A stretch of DNA of 64,000 nucleotides. It comes from Botryllus schlosseri. Taxonomy: Eukaryota. The position numbers and the translations under genes are program-made. Each line of letters starts with the position of its first letter. The stretch's first letter is position 1. The notes below the pieces were generated by a model. The model ran no database searches. It was given only the letters and a program-made list of their open reading frames with translations, and was not told the DNA's origin. Positions 40,508 through 56,427 of this stretch are shown one piece after another. Where the stretch lies: NCBI GenBank assembly GCA_051294905.1, contig CM119384.1, positions 5,580,001-5,644,000 on the forward strand. Reading direction: 5' to 3'.

Positions 40508-41298
40508 CTATATTCTTTTTTGATTTGATAAATCTGAACTTGACCGGAGCAAATATTGGCCTATATTTTGTGTCATTCGTACCGTGTCTGTCTCGGCTGT
40601 CCGCTTGTTGTCTTGGTCAAGTTTACTCAGAAAATCGCTGACTCTCTGGTTTTGCTTTTGCTCTGCGGTCTTCGATGCTTCAAGTAATCTCTGTCTGATC
40701 CTCTTGTCACTAAAATTCCACCGCCGACTTAGTATCGAAATACATGGCATGAAATAAGATATACATAGCTAGCAGGTGACATCTTACCAATGATACTTGA
40801 AATTAAAATATCTTGACACGTCCACGGTAGTGTCGACAGTTCTCGTTTCTTCACATAAAATCCCGTCTACATTTCTTCGGTATGTGGGCACCTCATACGT
40901 CTTGCCTTCCATAGCCTGAATCGCAAGACATGATGTGATTACTGGTGATTGTTAAGTGTTAACCATACTTTATATCCATGAACTATGCAAACGTCACTTG
41001 CCTGTATAGAAGATTTGGCGTTGAGCTGTTTGGACGCGTCAGAGCATCTTTTCGGTATTCGAATATTTTGAATATTCTTTCGCTTATTTCTTTTTGATTG
41101 CGTGTTCGAGCCTGTACTGTTCGGTGACGAACTCTTCGTACTTACTTCGGGTAAGGTTGTTACTGCCGTATCGCTGAGAGAGACAGTATCCGAATCCGAA
41201 GAATTCACCAACCCTAAATACGGAATACTTTTATTGGTCTGCATGAGCAGTAGATTGGTCTGAGCATTCGATTGTCGAGATTTATCAGAGAAATTCAA
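40508..41298 (-). CDS. 3' exons of an unidentified spliced gene
   Basis: Exon ending at 40969 (...ASDVCIVHGYK), 53-bp GT-AG intron, exon 40915-40788 (AMEGKTYEVPTY...FNFKYH), 60-bp GT-AG intron, exon 40727-40508 (CRRWNFSDKRIRQRLLE...QKRI*); frame is kept across both junctions. 5' end unresolved. Confidence 0.5.
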
Positions 41299-44200
41299 TT
41301 TAGATGATTTTTATACCACAAAGAAAAAGCACTAATGGGATTGGGAGCACAACTAACACAAATCTCGATGATTTTCTGGTTTGTTTTAAGTGACAGTTCC
41401 AAAACTACCAAGACCGGGACAGATTTGAGCCGTTTTCATATTTTATAAGAAATAGCACGCCAACTTGTGGGACTAGTCCTTGGAAAAATTTACTCGAGCG
41501 ATGACTCTATTCAAGGCAAACTTACAGGAGATTGTGCGGCTGGATGCAATAAATATTATTATACGTCGAACGCACGTGACTATAAACTTTATAAAGTGTT
41601 CGGAAAAAACGATAATCATAAATATTATACATACATCTCAATTCAACGTGATCTCGGGAATGTTCAATATCGTCGAATTCTCGCTGTATTTTGATAGCCT
41701 TTTTCTTCTTGCTGATTTTCAATAGGGAGCGGTAGAGCTTCCGCTGACTTTCAGACATCGCTCGAAGATTATACCGTATTTCCTTGTACCAAACGTCTAG
41801 CTGTAGAATAGACAAGACGTCAGAAAACCCGAGTATATTATGAAGATTTTCCAAGCATCAAAGTATTCTAAATTGATCTTTAAATCTCTAAATCGCGGCA
41901 ATGACCCGCTAGGTCAAATCACGGCAATATTTTACATGTCGACGTGGCCCGCTAATTCAGAGGTGGTCGGTAGCGAAGTATACTTTTGCCTATACTGGCA
42001 CTACCTTATCTAGTGGCTATTATTTTAAACTACTTCTACTTGAGTACCAACGATGACTACTTTGACCACCCTTGATTTTAAAATATATATAATAGAAAAC
42101 TGAGCTAATACTTCTTTATAAAATACCGTGGCTGCTGTTAACTACATGTCATTCAAATACGATAATTTCATAGTAAAAATGCGTTAACGTACCGCGGTAT
42201 AACAAATTCGAACCAGAAATTATACATACAAAGTGTGGAAAATACTCTGGTAGAGTGCAGTAGGCCTATATTTATCAACTATTTACATGTGTTCTATACC
42301 GTGGATTATAATAATATGTTCATTTCTTACCTCCTTTTTCGTATGGCGGTTCCGCACTTGGTCGCAATTGGCTAGGAATGCGGACGATTCACTCGACATT
42401 GTTTGCCTCAAAGAGATCAAGGTGCCTTTGGATACTTTGTACGATTGCATATTGCTCGATTCGGTGTAACTTTTTAAATTAAACCTGTTGAAAGATTGCC
42501 TGCAATTCATACGGATTCATCTCGCGAGAAAAATTAGTGATGACAAATCACCAACTACGATACTGACGCCCAGTCATGTTTGACTTTGTTGCGCATTATG
42601 TTTCAACATGTACACTGTACTGTACAGTATCGACATTCACCTCATCTTCGAAAGCACGGCGATTTTTGCATGCTATAATATTTACATTTAGTATGGATCA
42701 GAGTTCAAAATGCAACCATCAGCCGCAGCTAAATCTCTCACTACAAGCCTTACTTCCTAGCTACAGGTCTCTGGCTGCCGATCGGGGTACACAGACAATA
42801 ACCAGCTAACTCAATTGCTCGCACCAGAAAGTTAAATATGCATTTCAAGTCGTAATTCTATTTTGGTGTTCGAGTGACATAGTTATTTCGTCAGACGACC
42901 GTGAACGCGTGAACTCTATTCTTCTCTCATTCGTCTCACAGTAAAGTTCTTGAAATTTCCGAGTGGTAATTGTAACGTTTTCGCACAAGGATACTCAATA
43001 CGCTGCAAGAGCACGGTAAACGCTTTATGTAGCAGCTTCCAGTTTTCCGAAAGCAACCCTCGACAAAGGCTCTTGTCCTAATTATGTCTCTTGAACTCAA
43101 CAGTCGGTAAATCATCGATTGTAAAAATCTATTTATACAACCTCTCAACGTATCGTCGAGGCCCTCCACCAGCGACTGAGCACTATCGTCTTCAAGACTG
43201 ATAAATAAGTGGTGAGAGTCCGCCAACAATTCTCGAGATACAAGCTCATTTGGAGTTCTGATCCCGAAATAATCGCCGCTGAAATAACAATGACGTCAAC
43301 ACTAGTTGACATTAGTCCATACTCTTCAATAATGTTGCTTTCTTTTAGTGGGATATCATAAGCAAATGTCACAGTTATATGGATCGATGTAGTTACAGTA
43401 GTTTATAAAGACCCGAAATATGACCATCGCCCGCGTCATGCCTTTTGTTAAAATCTGGACAAAGTAGATATGAAAGGGAGGATGTTTTTCTGATAAATTT
43501 TGTATTTTCACATGGTTTACAGAAGCGGCACACGCGTCGGACTCTTGAGACTCAACTGTATACATAGAGACCTGTGTGTGTCATTTTTACTTGATCGCTT
43601 TGATTCAGTAAAATAGATAGTGCATATGTTGGTTTAACCGCCTGTGAAATTGACTATGTAGCGATATTTCATTACTTCGAAATTTGTAACCTCAAAAATT
43701 GTGTCGATGTCTTTTACTACGTTCCTTTTATTTACACATTACATGGCGCACTGATAGTCATATATATTGATATCTTCCGCATAGCAATACGACATGACGG
43801 CACACCTACTAAGATAGACAACTTTCAGTCCATTTATTTAATTTATATTTTCCATGCATTACTTGCGATTGTAATATATAGTAAAAATGAACTTCAGCTC
43901 TTTCTAATGTTACATTGCTGCCGATATTCGAATCCAAACATACGCGGTTATTCTCAAGTGTAATCGATTACGACTATACTATGACAGCGAAATCACATGA
44001 CGAGTACATGAAAAAAAAAAATGGAAACGCGATTATTCAAGAATAAACATCTTTTTCTCTGCCATGAAATTTGAATCAACTTGCTCACAGACGACAAAAC
44101 ATTTGTACCGAGAATGAGCATTGAACAATGGTAAAAGAAACATAGAAGGTATGGTGATTCGCAGAAGGTAATGCATAAAATGAATCCGGTATACGATATA

Positions 44201-44445
44201 GTTTCGAAGAAGAACGCGACACTGTGTCGTCTTGTAACTAATCGAACATCTGAAGCGTATGCAGTCAGTGTTCCATGCAGTAGGCTACCCAATGCCGTCA
44301 TGTAACCGAATTCGATCACATTTCGCGATTAACCCACGCCTGCATCGATCTGACTTCAATCAAAATGCAAGCCAGTACTCAATTTGTTATAAATTAATGT
44401 TAATAATCAATTCGACCTTGTTATCAAACAATGCGAACGGTCGTC

Positions 44446-44527
44446 GGTAGCGTGGCCGAGTGGTCTAAGGCGCTGGTTTAAGGCACCAGTCATTTCGATG
44501 GCGTGGGTTCGAATCCCACCGCTGCCA
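44446..44527 (+). tRNA. tRNA-Leu(AAG): tRNA-Leu, anticodon AAG
   Basis: 82-nt cloverleaf with long variable arm, anticodon arm CTGGT-TTAAGGC-ACCAG, A and B boxes, T5 terminator at 44530-44534. Confidence 0.97.
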
Positions 44528-44579
44528 CCTTTTTCGTTTAGCGTCAGACTCAAAGTCACTCTTACTTACGATATTAGAT

Positions 44580-45678
44580 TAGGGTTACCATATTTCAGCA
44601 ACCCAAATTCCGGACACTCTTTAGCGCCCACTAGTGGATTTAAATGAGTTATGACGTCACACTAACAAAGCTTTGCTCATAGACCAGAGGTGGTCACGAT
44701 CCAGTTCAGGAGTACGTGGCTGTGTGGTTATGTAACCCGGACCGAAAGCACATGTTTTCAGCCCCCTCCCGCCCAAATAGCCCACACTATAGGGTAATCG
44801 ATGCAACTTCTGGGGCAGGGGGGTGCTTGCTATATGAATCTGGTTTCTACATGCATCTGGTATTTGAATGGATTCTGTCAATAATATTGGTCGTTCCATA
44901 TATTACTATATAGATAGGCCTACTACTCTCCGCCCACATGACAAGAGTTAGCGGCAGAGCTGGTGGAGGATGATGAGTTCAAAAATACAGGGAGCGTAAT
45001 TGTACATCGTTAAGTCATGTTCATGTCCTACCGATAACATTGTTTATCAGCATTATGCGGGTGCGCACCACGGAGCTTTATAAACACCCCACATCCTGTG
45101 GTTTCCAACCTTTTATGGTCGCGACTCCATCTCCAATTTGAAAATGTTCCTTGTCCCACATCAAAATTTGACGAGCTGATTACTGAAAGAAGTCAGCACC
45201 TTTGCCTAGACTTACGGGCTATTTTGGAAGCTGATTACGTTCAACATATTCGCAAATCCCAGAATAAAGGCAAACGACGACCCCCCCGTTTGGAACCACT
45301 ATCATTGAATAAAGCATTTAAACGGCCTCCAGAAATATACGGTTCTCCTATAATTGCGATTACAATTAAGCTTATTCCAGTAAATGAAGGTTGTTTTTAT
45401 TTATATTTTATTGCAGTTTTTTCGAGGGTGGTAGTCTCCATCTTTAAATCAATAAATGTGATAGGAAATCGCACACGCCGCGAAGAAAAATATCATGCAT
45501 TAGCATAAATATTCCCAAAAAATATTGTTTTTATGCTGATTTACGAAAAAATTACGAGCCTACGTCAAACCTTCAAAATTCCGGACATTTGGCATATTTT
45601 GGAAATTCCTCCCGGACGCTAGTTTGAACAGTGAAATTCCGGACATGTCCGGGAAATTCCGGACGAATGGCAACCCTA
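44580..45678. mobile_element. hAT non-autonomous element
   Basis: TIRs tagggttacca/tggcaacccta; perfect TSD tattagat; repeated tccgga subterminal motifs. Confidence 0.85.
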
Positions 45679-47643
45679 TATTAGATACACATTATATATA
45701 GCTATATAGCAACATGCATTTGCTCTGCACACTTTGTACATGCTTATATAGTTGATTGACAGCGCACCATCTACTTTTCGGATGCGCATTTACCGATGAA
45801 TCTGCAATTCTGCATTATGTCTAGTGCTGCTTAAGTTTTACCAATTGTGAAGCTACAGATTAAAAATATCTAATCACTACAACAGGAATGTGCCATTCTT
45901 TCACAATTGCGAGTACAGTTATATTATTTTCCACATTTATGTGTATTTAAAAATTTCCAGCCAACGTCAGGCCAATGTTTCATAACATCAAACCAATTTG
46001 TGTAATACAAAGGTCGGCACCTTTTCACGATCAAGGCGTATTGTCATAACCACGTTTCTGCGTGCCTCTTATTGGCTATAGTACCCAGCACAGCGATTTT
46101 GGACGTGGATCTTTTGTTGCAAGAAATTCAGCAAATATTACATACATTGCTCTGGGGCGGTCGCGACCCACATTTTTACTACTCGTGGTCATGTTTGGGT
46201 CGCGACCCATATACTTTAAGTTAACAGCCTTGGATTACGATATAATACATCAATGGGTTACTGGATTACTATAAAATCAAATACGAACCCACGACCTACC
46301 GCTCGAGAAGCCGGACGCATAACCATTACACTATCTCGCCCCCCCTTTACTTTATATTGTTAGTATAATTATTTATCTATCACCACGGCAAGGTTTGTGC
46401 CAGGTGCTGGATTAGGCCATATCTACTGTTGCATGAGTGCAAGGTTATAGACTACATCCTAACTAAGTAATTCCACCGCATGCAAAGACGTGGGGATTAT
46501 CGGGATATGGGACTTTTTTTAAACAAATCCAGAGATTTGATGATCATTGACATATCTATACGAAATCATCTTCTTGATTGGTACACGGATTTCCACATTT
46601 ATTCGCTATAATCCTTGAAAAAAGCGCTTAAACCAAAGAGGGGGGGCTTCGACCAGGGGGGCCCCGGGCGACCGCCCACCTCGCCCACCCCCAAAGCCAC
46701 CACTGCATATGCCTTTGTGTTGACTTGAGAGCTGATATTATCAATTCATTTTTGGCTGGCACACAATAACTCACAGGAAGGACACGACGGGAGGAATGTG
46801 GAAACTTCCAATTATATCGTCAACGCATCGGAATGCGCCACTGACGATGCGATTTAGTTAGATTCATGCGGTGAGCGTATTCACTGTACATGATAAGTGT
46901 TAACTGTTCACTCTATTAAGGCCTCCCTGGTGCGAGTGATTTATAATTATCTACGTTCCGTGCAAGGCGATTCGTTTCGTTTGGTACATTGGCCCTAAAA
47001 ATCAGTAGAACCCCGTGTCATTATCATTCGAGCGTGTCAGATGACGCATTAATCTTGGCTTAGCGGCACAGCTACCCGACACGAAATGCGCTAGCGCCGC
47101 GACTGGAACTTGCATCATCCATCCTCACGCCAGCTCGTCGACTGCAGTAACCCTATTTCACACGGAAAACCCAAATGAAAATATGCGAGCGTTGATCATG
47201 ATTCCACGTATAACCGGTAGACGTATTGGTGCCCAAGACTGCAGCCTGCAACGCCAACGCTACGATACGGGGTAGCGCCGTGAATTGAGCACGCTGCCGT
47301 CAACCCGCACCGGCTTTGTTTGACAACTGTGCGCGAACTCACCGCGACGTGATGACTTCGATATTTCAGTGTTGATCATCTGCCTACGTAACCTCCACAC
47401 AAGGAAAGGTGCCGCGACTCCAACCTCGTCAAAGGAATTAGCGACCATTTTTCATCAAAAGTCTCTGACCTAGGCTACATGCTGGTCGATATACAGCGTC
47501 TATGTGACGTGGTTGAAATATACATCTGCGCTACAGTCCCGAGCTGCAAAAACACTAGAGTAGCATGTAGTAGCCAATTAGCTTGTTTATTGTCAACGTG
47601 GAGAAAAGGTGGTCACGACAATAATACAAAATGTGCGCAAAAA

Positions 47644-50048
<2,405 letters not shown>

Positions 50049-50059
50049 CTATATTGAAA

Positions 50060-50150
50060 TGTTACTTTATATAAAATATAGGTGTGAAAACAGCTGCCTA
50101 ATCATACTAGCATTGCAGCTTGTGTTGGTGCTAAACACTTCTCAACTGAT
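50060..50150 (-). promoter_or_regulatory. Actin proximal promoter: TATA, T-box site and E-boxes
   Basis: TATATAAAG near 50064-50072 (- strand); AGGTGTGAAA at 50080-50089; CAGCTG at 50091-50096; further GGTGCTAA and CAACTG within 60 bp. Confidence 0.65.
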
Positions 50151-51095
50151 TAGTCTCTAAGGCCCTGTTCGGGCCTTATTTGGTCAATTGCATGTGATCT
50201 AAACATTTTACGGTGCGAGGGTAGTGCGATCCACGCAGCAATCGATGGAACGATGCGTACGCTTGAGCTAAATGATCAAAATACCTATAATTCCATTCAC
50301 AGTTCATTGACAGCACTGTGTAATTCGCATGCATTTCATTTTCATTGGTATGCGATGGCAATGATTTTTGCGCGATCGAATCCATAATTGACATGGTTGT
50401 AAGATTGTAAGGAATATTGAAACTGGCTATTTTTGCTATAACTGGCTATTTCTAGTATTACTTAACAATGCAAAATCGATATATGGACCCCATCGACTTT
50501 GCACATGCGCTGAAGAATTGCAAACTTTATAATTATACAGACTCCTCTCGAAAAAAATCATTGTACGCAGAAGCTGCAGTCGAGAGTATACCTGAAAATG
50601 TGTGCATTTCAGATCGATGTAACCTTGACGGGGACAGAAATTTCGATATAAGGCGTTTCGGGGTCAGGCCATCTCAAGGCCACCGATTCCGGCACCAAGA
50701 TTTTTAAGCGCCGCTATTCCTTCGATGGGGTATTTCGACATAGTCGGTTTCAACAATCTGCGTATACCGAATTTTACGCATAGAATTACTTTTGTGGTTC
50801 TGTGCCCAACCCGCTGATCCCATATTGTTGATGGATACACGAAGTGGAGATCTTATATTTGTAGCCTACATTTTCTGACGTTGTCCTAAGCGCCATTATT
50901 CAAACCGCCTGTTAAAAGAAAGAGTGTTTTATGACACACATTTTCAAAACCATACCTCACATCCAATACATAACGTGAACGATTGTATTTTCGTATTTTA
51001 TGGTATAGGCTCGTGTATATGTACATATGCTGATATTTTGAATTTGGACTGACGCCGATTTTACGATCAGAATCGCTTCTTGACAAGAAATAAAG

Positions 51096-52145
51096 ATGCT
51101 CAACAATTATTCTTCCATCCAAATGTTGTCCGCTTGGTCGGTATGCGGCTTCCTCAGCGTTTTCGGAATTGTTTCAAGTTCCACGATGATCGCAGTCTTG
51201 ATGAGAATGAAATGGACCTTCTTTACTGTCATACTTGCAGGGCTTTGCGTTTCCGACCTTATTTCGGCTTTGAACAGCCCGCTTTTCCTATATCGACAGT
51301 TCTACAAACACGATTTGGGATTGCCGGGAGTGTTTTGTTTCCTTCCATTTAGTGTGGACCTGGCTACATCAGCGATCACGGTACATCATGTCTTGCTACT
51401 GACTGTAATTCGATTACGTCTTATCGCGAGGGTTGGAAATCACGACGAAGTGACGCCGAAGATTTGTCGACGTTTCGGAGTTGCTTCGTATGTTTTTTCG
51501 ATTTCAATATACTCATTTCTTTGCTTTGTTATTACTAATGTCGAAGAAGTAGATGGTCGTATTTCATGTTCATCTAATACTGAACTGAGTAAGGAGTGGG
51601 AGATCATTTTACCTCTTTTGTTATTAATGATTACTGTAATTCCTACAATTCTGACTATCGTTTTTTGCGTTGTAATAATCGCTTGTTTTCTCTGCCGCAA
51701 ACTATCCGGTAATACTTCACTATCTGTTTCGTCTACTGCAAGAGACAGAGAGAGACAGGCTCTGATCCAATTAACTGTAATTGTAGTATCATTCTTGATT
51801 GGGTACTCGGCTGATTACACTGGGAAAATGATCATGCTGACCAACAAATTTCAAATGACTCAGAGCGTCAAGATGGGAGTGGTGCTGGGCGGTCACGTGA
51901 CGCTCCGTCTCACCGAATGTATCAATCCCTTTACCTACTACATCGCTTCTGATAATATTAAAAAAGAAACCAAATCACTCCTCAAATATCTGCACGGGAG
52001 AATAGTCTGGAGGTCTCATCCAAACCATGTAGATCAGTCTCAATCCAATACTTCAACTCCCGTATGCAGGACCGCAACTACGGCAACCCAAACCCAGCAA
52101 TTGGAGGAGGCGCACGCTCGAAGGGTACCCGAAATTAATTCGTAA
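51096..52145 (+). CDS. Intronless orphan class-A (rhodopsin-like) GPCR, 349 aa
   Basis: Seven hydrophobic segments, TM2 LCVSD, Cys before TM3 and in ECL2, TM7 NPFTY; DRY replaced by IRL. Confidence 0.85.
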   Translation: MLNNYSSIQMLSAWSVCGFLSVFGIVSSSTMIAVLMRMKWTFFTVILAGLCVSDLISALNSPLFLYRQFYKHDLGLPGVFCFLPFSVDLATSAITVHHVLLLTVIRLRLIARVGNHDEVTPKICRRFGVASYVFSISIYSFLCFVITNVEEVDGRISCSSNTELSKEWEIILPLLLLMITVIPTILTIVFCVVIIACFLCRKLSGNTSLSVSSTARDRERQALIQLTVIVVSFLIGYSADYTGKMIMLTNKFQMTQSVKMGVVLGGHVTLRLTECINPFTYYIASDNIKKETKSLLKYLHGRIVWRSHPNHVDQSQSNTSTPVCRTATTATQTQQLEEAHARRVPEINS

Positions 52146-52821
52146 TTACCATAGAGTAGATTTTTTTTTTGGGGGGGGGGGGGGATATATTCAACTCGAA
52201 ATTTTTCATCACTCGATTTAGTGTCGTTGGATTCTTTCGGTTTCAAATGGGTAAAAAATGAAAAAATGCGCATAATTTGCACGAGTCCATGTACTCCGAA
52301 TTATGAGAGAATGAATTATAAGTCTGCGTTCGCCGTTACCTATTCCGGCTCATTCGTGAATACTGTAATATCAGACCAATAGTTCGCTTTGAATCATATG
52401 TATAAAGGATAATGATGAAATGAGACATCGAAAAAGGGTGTGTGGGGAGGAAGCCGCCCCCAGAAATTGGGTCAAACACCATGTGTGGGCGCAAGGCCAG
52501 TGCATAAAGTATAAGGCCTAATAGTGACACGAAGTTTAATATTGTACAAAGGTGGTCAGCAATAGAGTACTCCTGCTTTTCCGAAGTACTCGACTACGTT
52601 TTGTCGAGTAGCACCACTTACTTAGCTGGATAGGATTTTGGGCTTCTATTTAACGCCTTTAGAGCGCGAATTACTAATTACTTCTTACATTTTGTCAAGT
52701 AGAAATTTGTGTTTGGATAGATTCGGACCCTGGCTCTGATTAAAATCTTCATCCCAATCAGGCGTTGTAGTGCTTGTATCACAAGAGAAATTAATAAAAG
52801 TACACATAGTATGTTCTAATA

Positions 52822-53521
52822 CAGGGGTGGGCAACTTCTCTAGTCGGCGGGCCGGATACAGGAAAATTAAGTAGTTGGCGGGCCGGATTGCTGAATCGAT
52901 ACATTATTCGCCCATTTATCCACATATACAAGGAATATATCGTAATTATTGAATGTATTTTAACGACAGTAATGTCACTTCAAAGCCTTTTCTTGCCGAT
53001 AGTGACGAAGACAATGTGGATTTGAGAATAGCATTGTCATACAGGCGCCGCCTAGGGCTGTTCAAAAATAACTTTTTTTCCCGGATTCCAGCCATTCACT
53101 TAATAAAGTGTCAGGTTACCCTAACAAACGCCGCACACCAAATTTGGTTTACTTCTAATAAGTATAGGACTCCGCAGATCCAATTAAAAATTTTAATTTA
53201 TTAGGGAAGATTAAAAAAAAATTTCAAATCTTTCTGCCAACCCCATGAAATTGTTGAGCTGTCTTTAATGACGATGCAAAACAAATTTGACTCAATTCCG
53301 ACCAGTAGAAGCGGAGTTATGTGAGTTTTTCGTTGATAATTTTCGGATTATCCACCGAACCGGGGATTAAATTGAAAATTTTAATTGGATCCGCATACAC
53401 ATATATAATAACATACAGTTAACTAACATTTTACGTAGTAAGCAAGTAGTGGGGAATCTCGGCAGACTGGGTCCACGGGACGGACAAAATCCCTTCGCGG
53501 GCCGTATGTTGCCAGCCCCTG
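52822..53521. mobile_element. hAT non-autonomous element (family of 33056-34618)
   Basis: TIRs caggggtgggcaac/gttgccagcccctg; perfect TSD ttctaata. Confidence 0.85.
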
Positions 53522-54140
53522 TTCTAATAGCTTGTTCAAACGACTTATTTGAGTAACTTTTCGCATTCTACTTGCAGTAGTTATGTCATGTCTTCCGAAT
53601 TGCTATTTATATTTGAATTTGAGTGGAAATCTTGGGCATTACCTCTACATCTACTTGAATGCCACCAAGGATTGCTGTGACTATCTCTGTCATACACAAG
53701 TTTCATCTTACCGAAAGACCATCTCAGCATTTCATGATTTCCTTCTCGCTGTCTGTCTGTAGATGATTCCTTCATGATGAAAGTTTATTCATTTTATTCA
53801 ATTACCGGTATTGGATTTCAACTTCGTTTCTTCCTATATTTTTTAATGGTGCAATGCAGCAATAATAATGAGGAATTTGTTCGTCTAGTAATACGCGCAT
53901 CGGTTCAGAGCTTGTCGAGATAGCACCGAAAGATTGCGACCTCAGGAAACGCTATACGATTGAGACATTGGCGAACGGTGGTTCCCAACCGCTGGGTTAT
54001 TCCTCACTTGTGGGAAATTAAGGGGTTTCTGGTGTATAATAAACGCACATGAATGCAGTGTTTGTACTGTACTGTTCGGTTTATTGGCAATTTTTATCAG
54101 TTCAATGCACCACAAAATTGCGATACAATGAAAAGTTACG

Positions 54141-54520
54141 TAGGGTTACCATACGTCCTCTTTTAAGAGGATTTTTCCTCTTTTTTGACTTTGACTTGAA
54201 AGTGCCCTCGGAGGACGCCCTTTTGTCCTCTTTGAGATTTTGTCCTCTAATTTGAAAATTTAGGTCATATTTAGAGCAAAATGCGAGTGATATGCCGTAA
54301 ATTAGCTGGGCAAAAAGTTGACCTTTTTTTTTAGTTAACCACACAGCAATGTGGAGGAAGAAACGGTATTTTGGGCTCGTGAAAGTTGACCTTTATTGTA
54401 GTCAACCGATCACAAAGTGGGAAAAATTAACCGATTTTTGAGAATTCTTCTCCGGCTTTGCAAGTCTCAAATTTCTGAAAAAGTGTCCTCTTTTTAGATT
54501 TCCAAAATATGGTAACCCTA
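54141..54520. mobile_element. hAT MITE nested in an L2-type 3' repeat (~54080-54740)
   Basis: TIRs tagggttaccata/tatggtaacccta; flanks aagttacg/aagttagg. Confidence 0.8.
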
Positions 54521-55059
54521 AAGTTAGGAAGGTGTCGAAACGACTTGGAGTAGTCTTTAGAATCAGACAACCACCGTGGCCTAGGCAATGTAAAGAGGAG
54601 GCATGCACAGTGCACACTGAATGAATAGTAAAGGAAGATAGGATCGAAAAAAGCGGGCGACAAAAAAAATGGGGGGGGGGGCATGTCACGTAAGGCGAGA
54701 TCGATAGGTAAGGTCGTGGTCCGATAATATTGAGGACGGACTAGTATTGCGTTATTATACGTCATTTAAAAACGCCAATGATATCTCAATTATTTCTTGG
54801 CTCATTTGCAATTCAGCAGTTAGTGTTATCTTTGCCCCAAACTACCGCTGACGTCATATTTGGTGTTGCGATTGTTGATATATAATATTCTTTCTAAATC
54901 TCTACTAGTTGCTGACGATTACCCCTGATGAGTGTCAGTCGAAAATATTCGGGTTATTTCAATGTGAATATATTATTCAATTTTATATTGAAGTTCTATA
55001 CATCCAAGAAGCTCTTGCGTTACACACTACTGTACCGATAAGAATTTTGTTGTTTTTCA

Positions 55060-55600
55060 GTGATCAATCGTGAGATTTGAGGCTTAGTCTCGAAAACAAC
55101 AATTCTGTCATTTTAGCATGCAGGCAGTGTTTTTTGCTTTAATATCCACCAGAATAGAAATCACACGCTTGCATAAATAATTGGTTATGAATGATATGAA
55201 AACTTGAGCGGTAACTTTTGTAATAAGAGCTTACTTTTCCATTAGCTTACTTTTCCATTAGAAGTTTGTTTTTGCATGTCGATTTCATCCAAATGCTGTT
55301 TATATCTGCTATCTGCTGCTGTAGTTTCATAAGTAAATAGATGACATATCCATGTTGGATATTCAGTTTGTTTGCGAAAGCGGTTTTGAAATTAATTTTT
55401 CAGCTGCTGCACAAACTTGGTACCAACTTCACAGACCTGGGCTGCAGAAAAAATCGGTGCGTGCCCGTTTTGAATTATTGGTATGGAGAGGTGTACAGAA
55501 AAGACTAATTCAAACCACTTACCATCAGCCTGATATCTTTTTCTAAATACTGGTCTTGATGGCTTTGCGTTATATCTGATATTGCCAATTAAAAGATATT
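55060..55600 (-). pseudogene. Decayed Buster/Charlie-type hAT transposase C-terminus
   Basis: Frameshifted remnants LKN*FQNRF...WICHLF, FITNYLCKRVISILVDIK and KPQISRLITEKQ resemble the hAT dimerisation region. Confidence 0.55.
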
Positions 55601-56427
55601 GAAATTGTGTGGTACTGGAGTCTTCAAATTGTTTTCAATCATGTCACAACCACACGCCTGCCAAACATAAATCAGTGAAGTTTACTTTAATATAACGTTT
55701 TAGGATAGTAACATCAATAGTACCAAACTTGCTGGTAAAAATAATTGGACTGTCACAACCTGACTTGGGTTCTAAGTAAAAGGATCATTGCGTGCAGTCC
55801 CATATCTTGGGAAATTCGACTTCTATCACAATGATAAACGCGGCATCAAACAAATACAATGCAATACATTTATTAAAAATTAGTTTTCATCAACAATTTT
55901 TATTCATTTAGAGAACTTTAATTAGAATATTTTTAATTAAAACGCAACACAGTAATAAACAATTGGCTGTAGATTTGCTACTAGTATTTACTCAGAAATT
56001 CTAAATCATCAAACACAATCTAGTTTAAATTTATCAATGTGCTGCTAAGATTGAATGTAACATTGATACAGAAAGCCCTGGGCCGAATCCAATTGAAGTT
56101 ACAAGCAGTGCATGTACTTAAAGTACAACATTGTGCGAGGTGAGGTTGCTAGTAGTCATCATATCTATTATTGACACATCAGGATAGACCTGCACCTAAC
56201 AATGAACTCACCACAAACAATTCAATCTGTACAGAACTAGATAACATACCTTGCATACAAAGAATGACAAACAGTAATATGGTGATGATTTGACTGCCAA
56301 ATGGATTAGGTGCAAAACATCAGTAAGCCTATATTTCATCTGCAGCAAATGTTGAATTTGGAATTATTGGCTAGAATTGTCATGCGCGAAAAACCGCTAA
56401 TGAAAAAGAGAGAAGCTAAATCGATAA

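Noticed and set aside
42330-43400. Possible TGA=Trp recoding (NUMT or symbiont DNA) explaining in-frame stops
   Set aside because: TAA and TAG stops also occur, splice signals explain the boundaries, and there is no mitochondrial or bacterial motif.
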